64,000 bases of DNA. Source: Eledone cirrhosa. Lineage: Eukaryota. The notes beneath the pieces were generated by a model. The model saw nothing but the letters and a program-made list of their open reading frames with translations. It had not been told where the DNA came from and searched no databases. The stretch covers positions 58,342,001 through 58,406,000 of the forward strand of contig OZ024744.1 in the NCBI GenBank assembly GCA_964016885.1, read 5' to 3'. Of this stretch, positions 10,658 through 24,500 are shown one piece after another (position 1 is the stretch's first letter; each line of letters starts with the position of its first letter). The position numbers and the translations under genes were made by a program.

Positions 10658-12020
10658 CTGATCCCATGGAAATTTTGATATTTCCATGGGGTCCTCGGAC
10701 TCAGCTCAAGTTACAGGCCTCGTTGGTATTTTCATCCTTAATACTATCCATAGAAAACTGGCGGAAATTGCCGGAGGTTTATATCGTGACGAAGCACTTT
10801 TTATAGTAAATAACCATAGTAATAGTGCCCTTAATAAGAAAAAGAAAATTATAATTGACTTCTTTAATAATTATGGCCTTAAACTAGAAACGAAAACAAT
10901 AATAAAATAGTCAATTTCTTACACATTACCTTAAATCTTCAATCTGGCCTATACTACCCATTCCATAAGTTAAATGAAAACCTCAATTATGTTAGCATCT
11001 ATTCCAACCACCCTAAAACGTTAAGAAAGCTATAGTTAATAGTGTTCAGCTTAGAATTTCTAGACTCTCTGCTAATAAAGATATATTTGACAACAAGGCA
11101 GAATACTACAATGAGGCGCTATCTAAGGCAGGCTACTCTAATAAAATCAAATACATAGATAAGGATAATTATACCCCCTATTATAAAGAAAATCATTCCT
11201 CTAATATTAATAACATAAATCAACCTTATAACTAGCATGACTTACATATAAACAAAAATAACTGATCGAATAGAAAAGCCAGATCCCGTTCTATAATCTG
11301 GTACTCTCCACCAATATCCTTAGGAATTAAAACTAATTTAGTACAACAGTTCTTTCGCGCTCTCGATAAATATTACCCTAAAACCCATAAACATTACCAG
11401 ATTATTAACAGACATACTATCAAACTATCATACTCAACAACTATGAACATGGCACAAAATATAGCAAAAATTAATAATAGAAATCTTAAAATGAATCAAA
11501 TAGAAATACCCCCAACACAAACAATAGTAATATTGATAATAGCATACACCTTAATAGTAGAGCTGCATCATCAAATAATAACATAAAGAATTGTAATTGT
11601 AAGAACAGTCTATCTTGCCCGTTAAATAATAACTGCCTTGACCGTAATCTAGTGTATAAATGCATTGTTAAAACTAATAATAAGTTGTATAACTATATAG
11701 GTGCTACTTCCTCTAAATTTAAGGAAAGATGGTATAACCATACGCATACATTTCGAAAAATGGATAAGAAATTCTCAGCTTCCCTATCTCAGTTAATATG
11801 GCCTTTAAAAACAAAAATATAGTTTACTCATTATCTTGGCATAAGCTGGCTAACGCCTTACCATATGTAAATTCTTCTATTTATAAAAATTGTAATCTCT
11901 GTAATATCGAAATTCTTCACATTATTGGTAATACAAAATCTATTATTAATAAAAGAACAGAAATTTTCAGCGGCTGCTTGCACAAGATTTCTAGATCTTT
12001 TCACAGAATATATAGCTAAA
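10655..12020 (+). mobile_element. Penelope-like element (RT C-terminal half + GIY-YIG endonuclease), pseudogenised
   Basis: MGSSDSAQVTGLVG, GLYRDEA, FL.ITLNL..YYPFHK, SNHPK, NCNC..CPLNNNCL..LVYKC...YIGAT..FKERWYNH, CNLCNIE..INKRTEIFSGCLH; many stops and frameshifts. Confidence 0.85.
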
Positions 12021-12055
12021 TTTATATATTTGTGTGGTTGATTTAATAGTTATGT

Positions 12056-12163
<108 letters not shown>

Positions 12164-12839
12164 AGTATAATTATAGATTTTCTTAGATATATACATATCT
12201 AAATTGTAACAACATAATAAGTAGTACTATTTATATTCCTTGACATAATACATTCTATATATTATGCTTACATTATAGGCCCCAATAATAAATTCTTATC
12301 CCCCGAACTATTCTTAAAACATTATAGTATAATTTTTATCATAATTAATCAAAGTTCTTCCCCTAAACACATTCATCATTATATTTAATTTATACCTTTC
12401 TTTGTTCGTAACATTAGAATTTAAAATATATATCTCGATCTACCTATATACATATATATAAGCGTATGTATATGTGTGTGTATATATATCTATATGTATA
12501 TATATATATCCCTTTAGTAATAAGATATACACATTTAACGGGGTTTTTTCTGACCAATCTAATTACGCTATTTTTAGAAAACATATGAAGCGTTTAAATT
12601 AACTGTCCTTATTATTTATTTGTTTATTTTTATATTTCCCAATAACTTTACATCCTAAAAAAATTTGAGATTTTGAATCACATACCCGTTTGGAATTGAT
12701 CGGATACGGTCGCTCTTATCAGTATGTCATATAACATTTTATGCATCTAATATTGTATTTTGTCTAAAGAACGAATGCTATAATTTAGCATCCCAGAAAT
12801 ACATATAATGAAATAAATTATAGCATATATACATTCATT

Positions 12840-13790
12840 CACGTGCACCTTCCTCTCTCCTATCCACCCTACTATCACCACTAAACTCTACCCACATCTC
12901 ACCACCCCAAATAACACTACCCCCCCCCCCCCCCTAACCGCCAGCCTTTCCTTCCCCCTCCCCACCCTTCACAAACACACACACACACTCACCAGTATAT
13001 ACACTCACTCACACCGACTTTACCTCCTCACATGTCCCCCCATACATTCTACACACACATACACATAACTCCATACACATACATACTCACATGCCACTCT
13101 CACCCACACACACCTGCCTGTATACACAGCTAACTACCCTCACGCACACATAGTAGTACTACTATCACTCTCACTCACCAAGTTCTGTTCTGCCGGCATC
13201 ACCTCCTCCTCTCCTCTCACACCTTTGACTTGACCATTTCCGGTTGCGTACGCCACACTACCATTTCATTTCCTCATCGCCATTCTCTTCTACTTGAACC
13301 CGGAACTTACCAAAACGCTGAATCCACCCGTTATACCTCCGGATCTTTGCCATCCACACACACACCAATATCAATTCAGAAACTTAGACACACACAGACA
13401 CTTGCACCATTTCCGTACACACGCAACTACGCACCTTACACGAACCCACATCACCTACAGACATACCACGCATCATCTTCTCTAAACCACACAAACACAC
13501 ACACACACATGCACATCTACACATACACCCACACTTCACCCCACACCGCCTCCGGATTTGACAAGATCTCATCTCACCCTATCCACCCCCTCCATCCACA
13601 CACACACACACATACACATCCACCCCCATACAGGGATTTACACACACAGACATACACTCCACCACAATGGTTTTTCAAAACCCACATTCACATACACTCG
13701 CTACCTCCCAGATTCTCATACTTACATCCACACATACACACATAGAGTTACATCTACACATACACACTCACACACCTTACCTTCCGCTAT
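12840..13790. repeat. CA-rich low-complexity tract
   Basis: Degenerate (CA)n/(CACC) runs downstream of the minus-strand PLE. Confidence 0.8.
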
Positions 13791-13819
13791 CCCCGCTCGG
13801 ACTCTAATTTTCTTGCTTC

Positions 13820-15330
13820 TCTGATTTGCCTACCTCTTGAGTCATTTCTATACTTAGATATTATTTTAATTTCTATGTTGTCTATGTTACCATCATGTCT
13901 TTGTCTGGTGTGTTCATATAGTACGGAACGGTGGTTATTTTTTTGGTCCTTTTAGTTTCCCCCAGTGTTGGTCTATTCTTTCTCCTATGCTTCGAGCTGT
14001 CTAACTTATGTATGTCGTTGTCATGTTTCTGCAAATACCCTCTGTACATCTTATGCTATGGACTACATTTCTAGTTTTACAATTTATCTGAGGCTTTATT
14101 CTACATATAACACATTTCTTATTCGTACAGTGGGTTTTCTTGCTGATCAGGGATTTTATGGTAGTTCCTGGCTTTTCTACCACTTTAATCTTTAGATGGG
14201 TCTTTCTTAGGGCCTTTCTACATTGCTTAACTTATTTTCCTCCAGGGGTAGCATCCACGAACATGACACTCTGGTATCTCTGGTTGTCGTACCATGAAGT
14301 GGCTTTCCCTATCTTATGTTTAGTCCTATCTGTGCTATTCCATGATTTGCTCCTGTACAATGGGCAAATTCTTTCATGTCTATTTCTATGACAGTCTTAT
14401 ATTTCTCCGACGCTTCTTTGTATACTCTGATTCTGAGTCTTTGGTGGTAGCCAGAGAACTGCATGCGATTGATGAAGTGTTGGATGTGTCTTTCCATTTC
14501 TGCTGGGTCGCACATGCGGGACACGTTCTTCATCACTCTTACCAAGTCTGCGATCAGAATATAAACATTGCTGAGTTTTTGAGTATCAGATATTTGGAGG
14601 CCATGGGTTTAGCATAGTGTGAGTGGAGAATTTGGGCCCTCTCGTCTGTGGTGTTTATCCAGAGTTCTGTGTCTAATACTGGTAGACTATTGTTAGGGTG
14701 TTTGGAAGGGTAGTCAACGGTTACAGTTATACGCTGGTGTATGGAGTTAGCTATCTGCTGGATACTCTCCATTGTGCTATTTTCTAATTCATGTTTATTA
14801 GTACTCTCTTGTGGGGGTGTTCTTATTACTATATTAATATCGTCTACGTAACGAGAGTACATGACGAGGGCTATGGAGTTCTCTGAGTCTACTCTCCCAC
14901 CATACCATAAATAGATTGGCAACATCGCCAGCTATGCTGAGGCCAATGGCTGCTCCCTCATTCTGGGTGTAGATCTTTTCATTAAATTTAAACATATCGC
15001 CCTTTAGGGTAGTTTTAATACTAACCTCTATTGCATGTGCGACCATTTTTTTCACCTGATCATTGTTTATGGGTGTTCGTATGGCTTTGGTCCATCCATT
15101 CCATCTTCCTATGGGAGTCTTTTTAGTCATTGAGGTTATGGTGGGGTGTTTACCTCTTATAGGTCTACTGGGGCAGAAACAGCTAAAGTTATAATTATCT
15201 AATTATTCAGTATCATAAGTAAGTCCAAGTAGGAGGCCCAGTTCATCTGTATCAACGTCGCAGAACTCCACTTCTCTCTCACTGATTATTTCCAGACATT
15301 TTCCCACAGGTCTTGTTGATGGTCCTGTCG
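13820..15330 (-). mobile_element. Second Penelope-like element (different family), pseudogenised
   Basis: FKFNEKIYTQNEGAAIGLSIAGDVANLFM, SRYVDDINI, LPVLDTELW, HYAKPMAS, MQFSGY, CVICR..NCKTRNVVHSIRC..YI (GIY-YIG N-terminus). Confidence 0.8.
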
Positions 15331-16367
15331 TCGGGTTGTTGGTTGTTTATGGCCTTTGCGGAGCCCATACATTTCCTGGAGATGGACGGGAAAAACAGCG
15401 AGGATAATTACGTTGTAACGTGGAGCGGTGAGAACAATTTCACGCAAAGCTAAGAACATGTTTATGGTATAAAAGAAGTCATTAGACTAATATTCTATTT
15501 AGAATAACCGAATGATTTCTAGCTCTGGAGTTTGCGGATAATGTAAATAAAATTATTGTTATATATAGGAGAGTAAATAAAATTGTTAAACGAAAATGAC
15601 AGAGGTTATTAATAGTAAGAGTAAATAATGGTGAGAACATTATAGTATTGTTATATGATTTAGGCCCGTGCATAAGTATGCGCTTACGCATGCGTACACA
15701 TACATACACACACACACATACATATATATAGAATAAAGAAAAGTGACAAACGAGTTGATATATTTAAACAAATAGTAAAAAAAAAAAATACAGTAGAAAC
15801 ATTTTTCAGTGTAATATCAAACCATTTATTTATAAAGTGGGGATTTCCGCATTTAATCGTGGTACCGGTTTCAGCATTATATGCTTTTTCAACGACGGAA
15901 GTGTGAAGTGCAGTTAAATTGCATATTTATACGAATAATAATAAAATGGAGAAGATAAATTATTATTAATTTTTACATACATATTTAGAGAGGAAAGTTT
16001 CTGTTTCTGTCCAAGACTCTCTTTCGTTCTCTGCTAGTTGACCAACACATATACATACACACACATATATATATATACACATATATATACATATGCACTC
16101 ACATACACATACATATACACATACACACATACATATATATACGTATATATACACATACAAGCGCGCATATCATACTTATATGTATATACATATATATATG
16201 CATATATACACAAGGACGATTTGTTATGCCTTCATTACATTTATTGATTGGTTATGCACGTTTCGCTATTGATCAGCTCAAGGTTCGATCTGTATCGTTC
16301 TGGCCCGACTCTGGAATCAAAAGCTCGTCGGAACTCTTGTAATGACAGAATGTACCACACACGCACG

Positions 16368-16460
<93 letters not shown>

Positions 16461-16485
16461 TTACAGAGAGAGAGAGAGAGAGAGA

Positions 16486-16830
16486 GTAATGACCGAAAGA
16501 ATACGATCGCGAATTTATGTGGTTGAAATGGGATTCCTCCAAAGGGTTTTGAAGTAACGTTACTCGATAGAGTACGAAGTTCGGAGATCTGAAAGCCGCT
16601 ATTTCTCCGAATTGAGAGGTGGACAAGATGTGGTTAGAATGCCGAAAGAAAGAATGGCTGGACTGACTTAACGGGCAAAACCAACCGGTAGGAGATCCAG
16701 GGCTAGACCATGAGCAAGATAGTTGGATAACATCCATGAGATTGGTTGGTCTCGCTTGGGTATCCAGCCGAATCAGTTGCTTCTGACCGGACCAGCTGGA
16801 AGGCGTGCGCGAGGATTCAGCCCCACGACA
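16486..16830 (+). mobile_element. RTE-like LINE 3' fragment, same family as 8010-8465
   Basis: GTAATGACCGAAAGAATACGATCG...GGGCAAAACCAACC matches 8043-8280; preceded by (CA)n(GA)n. Confidence 0.7.
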
Positions 16831-17194
16831 ATATTAGAGAGTAGCATCTTTAAATAATCTCATCTGGCTATTTACTGTCAGTTTCTCTTGTTTTGCCAAA
16901 AGGTCCATACCTACACTAAATACACATTGAATTATATATGATAATGGAAATGGAATTAGGAACTTTTCTTTTTCATAAATGATAAATAATCAAAGATAAA
17001 TATTTGTAAGTTGCTGTTGCAACCAGAAATGGTGTTACTCATTTTTAAATTTGAACTTCAACTTTTTAATTCAATCAATTTTTGGAATTGAAGTTTTCTT
17101 CCTCAACATGTGAAAATCAATCAAAATCCTAATCTGGAATCTTTATAGAGAGAATGTCTTCAAATCATTCAAGAAGTCCTTCCAAATTATAATA

Positions 17195-17350
17195 GACTTA
17201 GTGGCTAGGTTGTTTGCTTCATGATCATGAGTTCAATTTCCGGCGGCACGTTATGCCCTTGAGAAATACATTTTACTTCACGTTGTTCCAGTCCTCTCAG
17301 TTGACAAAAATATTAGGTTCTGTCGCACACTGTGTTATGCTGAACCTTCA
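17195..17350 (+). mobile_element. Degenerate tRNA-derived SINE
   Basis: CTTAGTGGCTAGG...GAGTTCAATTTCC A/B boxes, then ACATTTTACTTCACGTTGTTCCAGTC core. Confidence 0.55.
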
Positions 17351-18383
17351 TAAGAACAACGTTCAAACAACTTGAACACTCTTTATTGCAACCGACGGAG
17401 TTTCAAAACAGACTGTGATGTCTTCATCACGTATTTCTGTCTTTTCCCTGACTACAGAAATCTTCGGGAACTGGTAAGATTCCTTGTGTCCCAAGTTGTG
17501 TTTTAAGCGAACATGTTTTGAAATTCGTGTACATGTAACGGCTTATTCTAATTTAATTCACTTCTTTCCTTTCAACTGTTACGAAAGGAGACGAATAAAA
17601 AATATTTTATTCCACGTTGTTCTAATCTACTCAGCTGAAAGTAGGTACCACCAACAGTAGCAGCTGGAGGGAGGGGAAATTAAACCTACGATTGACTGGT
17701 GTCTCGTCCATGGGTGAGTATTTTCAGTCACATAACACTAATAAGCTCTGGTCTGATAAACCCCAGGGCTTGGGAGAGACTTTAACCTTTGTTTAAACCT
17801 ATGGAGTAAACATAGAGTAATGTAAAAAGTCTGTGTTGAAGACGTCTAATCAGGCAGAAATAGCGATATTCACAGACAGACTTCTTAATCGATATAAACT
17901 TATTGATTTTAATATTCTCTTCTATTAAAAATGTCAGGAAGACATGACAATTATTTGAAGTTATTGTTGTTTCACTACGGTGATCTATACAGTCATCTCC
18001 CCCCCCTCTCTCTCTCTCGCTCCTCCCCTCCTACCGGGTATGTTCACAGATCGACCAGCTAGAACTCTTTAACAATGTTTCTTTAAATTACAGTACGGCA
18101 TTCAAATATTTCAATGGATAAATCTTTGAAACGGATAAGCTTCTCCAAATTGACTTGGCTTAAAAGAAAATAGGGAATGTTAATCTCGTTAGCACGATTA
18201 GATATTCTCATGGACCTAAATTGAATCTAGTTCATCTTATCTTTCTTTCAACTCAACAACTATTTGTAAACGAGATATCTAGTAGTGTTCCAACTACTCT
18301 ACATCTTATGTAGACATTACTTTGAATTTGTAGAACATAATACAGGGGTTCATCTTTTTCTTTTACGTTATTTATCTTAATGG

Positions 18384-18590
18384 TGAAGGCGCGCGGCCTA
18401 ATGGTTACGTTGTTGGGCGTACAATCGTAATGTCTCGTGTTCGATTCCTGGATAGGTTTGGTGTATTGTGATCTTGAGCAAAACATTCCATTTCATGTTG
18501 CTCCATTCAACTCAGCTGGTACTTAACCCTGTAATAGACGAGGAGTCTTAACACCGGGATAAACTTCCGCCTGATGAAGACCTACTTATA
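18384..18590 (+). mobile_element. tRNA-derived SINE
   Basis: GGCGCGCGGCCTAATGGTTA (A box)...GTTCGATTCC (B box); same family as 60210-60330. Confidence 0.75.
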
Positions 18591-21500
18591 GAAAGAATGT
18601 ATATTTGGAAGTGAGAGTGGGGGATTGTGTGTGTGCGTGTGTGTCTTGACTGCAATATATGTTAATAATTCGATGCCACTGTATTTTATCGAACCTGAAA
18701 AGATGAAAGTAACATTGCCCAGAAGAAGAATTTGAACTCAGAAGACATTTTGTCCAACATCCTAACGATTCTGCCATAATCTATCGACCTGAATACTTAG
18801 GCATTCATATTACATAGTGTTTTGTTTAATATATAGAAGTCACAAATACAATAAGAGAGAGAGAGAGAGTTAGCAAAGCAAGGCTCAATTCAAACAGATC
18901 ACGGATTTTGACTAGTTAGACGTGAATTCTAATTGTGTTTACATTCTTGCGAAATACCAAGAAAATTAAACTCGAATGTATAGATACAGTGTGTAGAAGT
19001 TAGCTAGATATGTAGAGATGCGATGCATTTATATAGACTGCGTGAAATTGTGGTGTGGATATATAGACATACAGTGTATAGAGGTTGACAGTGTGTGTAA
19101 ATGTACATGTTAACTAGAGATATAGACACAGACTGTAGATGTTGACTGAATATATAGACACTGTGTGTAGACGTTAAGTGGATTTATAAGACACAGTCTG
19201 TAGATGTTAACTAGATATATAGATACAGTGTGTAGATGTTAACTAGATATATAGAAATAGTGTGTATATGTTAACTAGATATATAGATACAGTGTGTAGA
19301 CGTTGACTGGATAAATAGACACTGTGTATATGTTAACTGGATATATAGACATAGTGTGTAAATGTTAATTGGATAAATAGACACAGTGTGTAGATATAAA
19401 CTAGATATATAGACACAGTGTGTATATGTTAACTGGATATATAAGACACAGTGTGTAGATGTTAACTGGATATATAAGACACAGTGTGTAGATGTTAACT
19501 ACATATATAGAAACAGTGTGTATATGTTAACTAGATATATAGACAGTGTTGGCATTAACTGGATATATAGACACAGTGTGTATATGTTAACTAGATATAT
19601 AGATATTGTGTAGATGTTAACTAGACATATAGACACATTGTGTAGACATTAACTAGATATATAGACACAGTGTGTAGATGTTAACTAGACATATAGACAC
19701 ATTGTGTAGACATTAACTAGATATATAGACAGAGTGTGTAGATGTTAACTAGACATATAGACACAGTGTGTAGATGTTAACTGGATATATAGACAGTGTG
19801 TGTAGATGTCAACTAGATATATAGACACCACAGTGTGTATATGTTAACTAGATATATAGACACGGTGTGTAGACATTAACTAGATATATTGACACAGTGT
19901 GTAGATGTTAACTGGATATATAGACCCAGTGTGTAGATGTTAACTAAATATACAGACACAGTTTGTAGATGTTAACTAGATATATAGACACAGTGTGTAG
20001 ATGTTAACTAGATATACAGACACAGTGTATATATGTTAACTGGATATATAGACACGGTGTGTAGAAATTAAGTAAATATTTAGACACAGTGTGTAGATGT
20101 TAACTGGATATATAGAAAATGTTTAGATGTTAAATAGATATATAGTCACAGTGTGTAGATGCTGACTGGATATATAGACACGGTGTGTAGATATTGACTG
20201 GATATATAGACACAGTGTGTAGATGTTAACTAGATATATAGACAGAGTGTGTATATGGTAACTAGATATATAGACACAGTATGTAGATGTTAACTAGATA
20301 TATAGACAGTGTGTAGATGTTGTGTAGATATATAGACACAGTGTGTAGATGTTAACTACATATATAGACAGTGTGTAGATGTTAACTAGATATATAGACA
20401 CAGTGTGTAGATGTTATCTAGATATATAGACACAATGTATATATGTTAACTAAATATATAAACACAGTGTGTATATGTTGACAGGATATATAGACAGTGT
20501 GTGTTGATGTTAACTAGATATATAGACACAGTGTATATATGTTAACCGGATATATAGACACAGTGTGTAGACATTAACTAAATATATAGACACAGTGTGT
20601 AGATGTTAAATAGATATATAGACACAGTGTGTAGATGTTAACTAGATATATAAGACCCAGTTTGTATACGTTAACTAGATATATAGACAGTGTTTAGGTG
20701 TTAACTAGATATATAGACACAGTGTGTAGGTGTTTAACTAAATATATAGACTCAGAGTGTAGATGCGAACTGGATATAAAGACACAGTGTGTAGATGTTA
20801 ACTAGATATATAGACACAGTGTGTATATGTTAACTAGATATATAGACAGTGTAGACATTAACTGGATATATAGACACAGTGTGTATGTGTTAAGTAGATA
20901 TATAAACACAGTCTGTAGATGTTAACTAGATATATTGACAGAGTTTGTCGATCTTAACTAGACATATAGACACAGTGTGTAGATGTTAACTAGATATATA
21001 GATAAAGTGTGTAGATGTTAACTGGATATATAGGCACAGTGTGTAGATGTTACCTAGATATATAATCATAGTGTGTAGATGTTAACTAGATATATAGACA
21101 TAGTGAGTAGATGTTATGTAGATATATAGACAGTGTGTAGATGTTAAGTGGATATATAGACACAGTGAGTAGAGGTTAACTGGATATATAGACACAGTCT
21201 GTATATATTAACTAGATATATAGACACAGTGTGTAGATGTTAACTAGATATATAGACAGTGTGTAGATGCTGTCTAGATATATAGACACAGTGTCTAGGT
21301 GTTAACTGGATATATAGACAGTGTGTGTAGATGTTAATTAGACATATAGACACAGCGAGTATATGTTTACTAGATATATAGAGACAGTATGTATATGTTG
21401 ATTGGTTATATAGAGAGTGTGTGTAGATATTAACCAGATATATAGACACAGTGTATATATGTTAACTGGATATATAGACACTGTTTAGATGTTTGCTAGA

Positions 21501-24500
21501 TATATAGACACAGTGTGTAGATGTTAACTGGATATATACACACTGCTTAGATGTTAACTAGATATATAAGACACAGTGTGTATATGTTATCCAGATAGAT
21601 AGACACAGTGTGTAGATGTTAATTATATATATAGACACAGTGAGTAGAGGTTAACTGGACATATAGACACAGTGTGTAGATGTTAACTGGATATATAGAC
21701 ACAGTGCTTATATGTTAACTGAATATATAGTCACAGTGTGTAGATGTTATCTGGATATATAGACACAGTGTGTAGATGTTAACTTGATATATAGACACAG
21801 TGTGTAGATGTTAACTTGATATATAGACAGTGTGTAGATGTTAACTAGATATATAGACACAGTGTGTAGATGTTAACTAGATATCTAGACACAGTGTGTA
21901 TATGTTATTTAGATATATAGACACAGTGTGTAGATGTTAACTGGATATATAGACACATTGTGTGTATGTTAACTAGATATATAGACACAGTGTGTATATG
22001 TTATCCAGATATATAGATACAGTTTGTAGATGTTAACTAGATATATAGATACAGTGTGTAGATGTTAACTGGGTATGTACACAGTGTGTGTAGATGTTAA
22101 TTAGATATATAGACACGGTGTGTATATGTTGACTGGATATATAGAGTGTGTGTGTAGATATTGACTTAGATCTATAGACACGGTGTATATATGTTAACTG
22201 GATATATAGACACGGTGTGTAGACATTAACTAAATATATAGACACAGTGTGAAGATGTTAACTGGATATATAGAACCAGTGTGTAGATGTTAACTAGATA
22301 TATAGACACAGTGAATAGGTGTTAACTAGATATATAGACACTGTGTGTAGATGTTAACTAGATATACAGACACAGTGTGTAGATGTTACCTAGACATACA
22401 GACACAGTGTGTAGATGTTAACTAGATATATAGATACAGTGTGTAGATGTTAACTAGATATACAGACACAGTGTGTAGATGTTAAATAGATATATATACA
22501 GAGTGTGTATATGTTTACTGGATATATAGACACAGTGTGAAGATATTAACTAGATATATAGACACAGTGTGTAGATGTTAACTAGATATATAGACAGAGT
22601 GTGTATATGTTTACTGGATATATAGACACATTGTGTAGATGTTAACTAGATATATAGACACAGTGTGTAGATGTTAACTAGATATATAGACAGAGTGTGT
22701 AGATGTTAACTGGATATATAGAAACAGTGTATAAATGTTAACTAGATATATAGACAGTGTGTGTTGATGTTAACTAGATATATAAACAGAGTGTATACCT
22801 GTTAACAAGATATATAGTCACAGTGTGTAGACGTTAACTAAATATATTGACATAGTGTATATATGTTAACTAGATATATAGACAGTGTGTGTTGATGTTA
22901 ACTAGATATATAGTCACAGTGTGTAGACATTCACTAGATATATAGACCCAGTGTGTAGATGTTAACTAGATATAGGGACACAGTGTGTAGATGCTAACTA
23001 GATATATAAGACACAGTGTGTATATGTTAACTAGATCTATAGACATTGTGTAGATGTTAAATAGATATATAGACACACTTTGTATATGTTAACTAGAATT
23101 ACAGACACTGTGTAGATGTTGACTGGATATATAGACCCAGTGTGTAGATGTTAACTAGATGTATAGAGCCAGTGTGTAGACATTAACTAGATATATAGAC
23201 ACAGTGTATATATTTTAACTAAATATATAGACAGTGTGTATATATGTTAACTGGATATATAGACACAGTGTATATACGTTAACTAGATATATAGACACAG
23301 TGTGTAGATGATAATTAGATATATAGACACAGTGTGTATATTTTAACTAGATATATAGACACAGTGTGTATATGTTGCCTGGATATATAGACAGTGTGTG
23401 TAGATGTTAACTAGATATATAGACACAGTGTACATGTGTTAAATGGATATATAGACATGGTGTGTAGACATTAAGAAAATATATAGACAGTGTGTGTAGA
23501 TATTAACTAGATATATAGACAGTGTGTAGATGTTAACTAGATATATAGACAGAGTGTGTAGAGGTTAAGTGGACATATAGACAGTGTGTAGATATTAACT
23601 GGATATATAGACACAGTGTGTAGATGTTAACTAGACATTTAGACAGTGTGTAGATGTTGACTGGATATATAGACCAGTGTGTAGATGTTATCTGGATATA
23701 TAGACACAGTGTGTAGATGTTAACTTGATATATAGACAGTGTGTAGATGTTGACTGGATATACACACACACTGCGTAGATGTTGAATGGATATATATAGA
23801 CCCAGTGTGTATATGTTAACTTGATATATAGACCCAGTGTGTAGATGTTAACTAGATATATAGACACAGTGTGTATATGTTGACTGGATATATAGACACA
23901 GTGTGTAGATCTTGACTGGATATATAGACCCAGTGTGTACATGTTAACTAGATATATAGACACAGTGTGTCGATGTTAACTAGGTATATAGGCACAGTAT
24001 GTAGACGTTAACTAAATATATAGACACAGTGTATATATGTTAACTAGATATATAGACAGTGTGTGTTGATGTTAACTAGATATATAAACAGAGTGTATAC
24101 CTGTTAACAAGATATATAGTCACAGTGTGTAGACGTTAACTAAATATATAGACACAGTGTATATATGTTAACTAGATATATAGACAGTGTGTGTTGATGT
24201 TAACTAGATATATAAACAGAGGGTATAGCTGTTAACTAGATATATAGACACAGTGTGTAGATGTTAACTGGATATAGAGACACAGTGTGTATATGTTAAC
24301 TAGATATATAGACACAGTGTGTATATGTTAACTAGATATATAGACAGTTTAGACATTAACTAGACATATAGACCCAGTGTGTAGATGTTGACTGTATATA
24401 TAGAAACAGTGTGTATATGTTAACTAGATATACAGACAGTGTTTAGATGTTAACTAGACATATCGACACAGTGTGTAGACATTAACTATATATATAGACA

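Noticed and set aside
12675-12730. Minus-strand hammerhead-like CTGATAA...CAAACGGGTA
   Set aside because: Two or more core mismatches and a poor stem II
17400-17480. Possible host exon ending CTG|GTAAG
   Set aside because: Splice-like signals only; no recognisable protein or partner exons
18384-18460. tRNA gene
   Set aside because: A/B boxes are present, but there is no complete cloverleaf and the sequence continues into a SINE body with other copies
18560-18600. CTGATGAAG...GAAAG
   Set aside because: Part of a SINE 3' region; stems do not form
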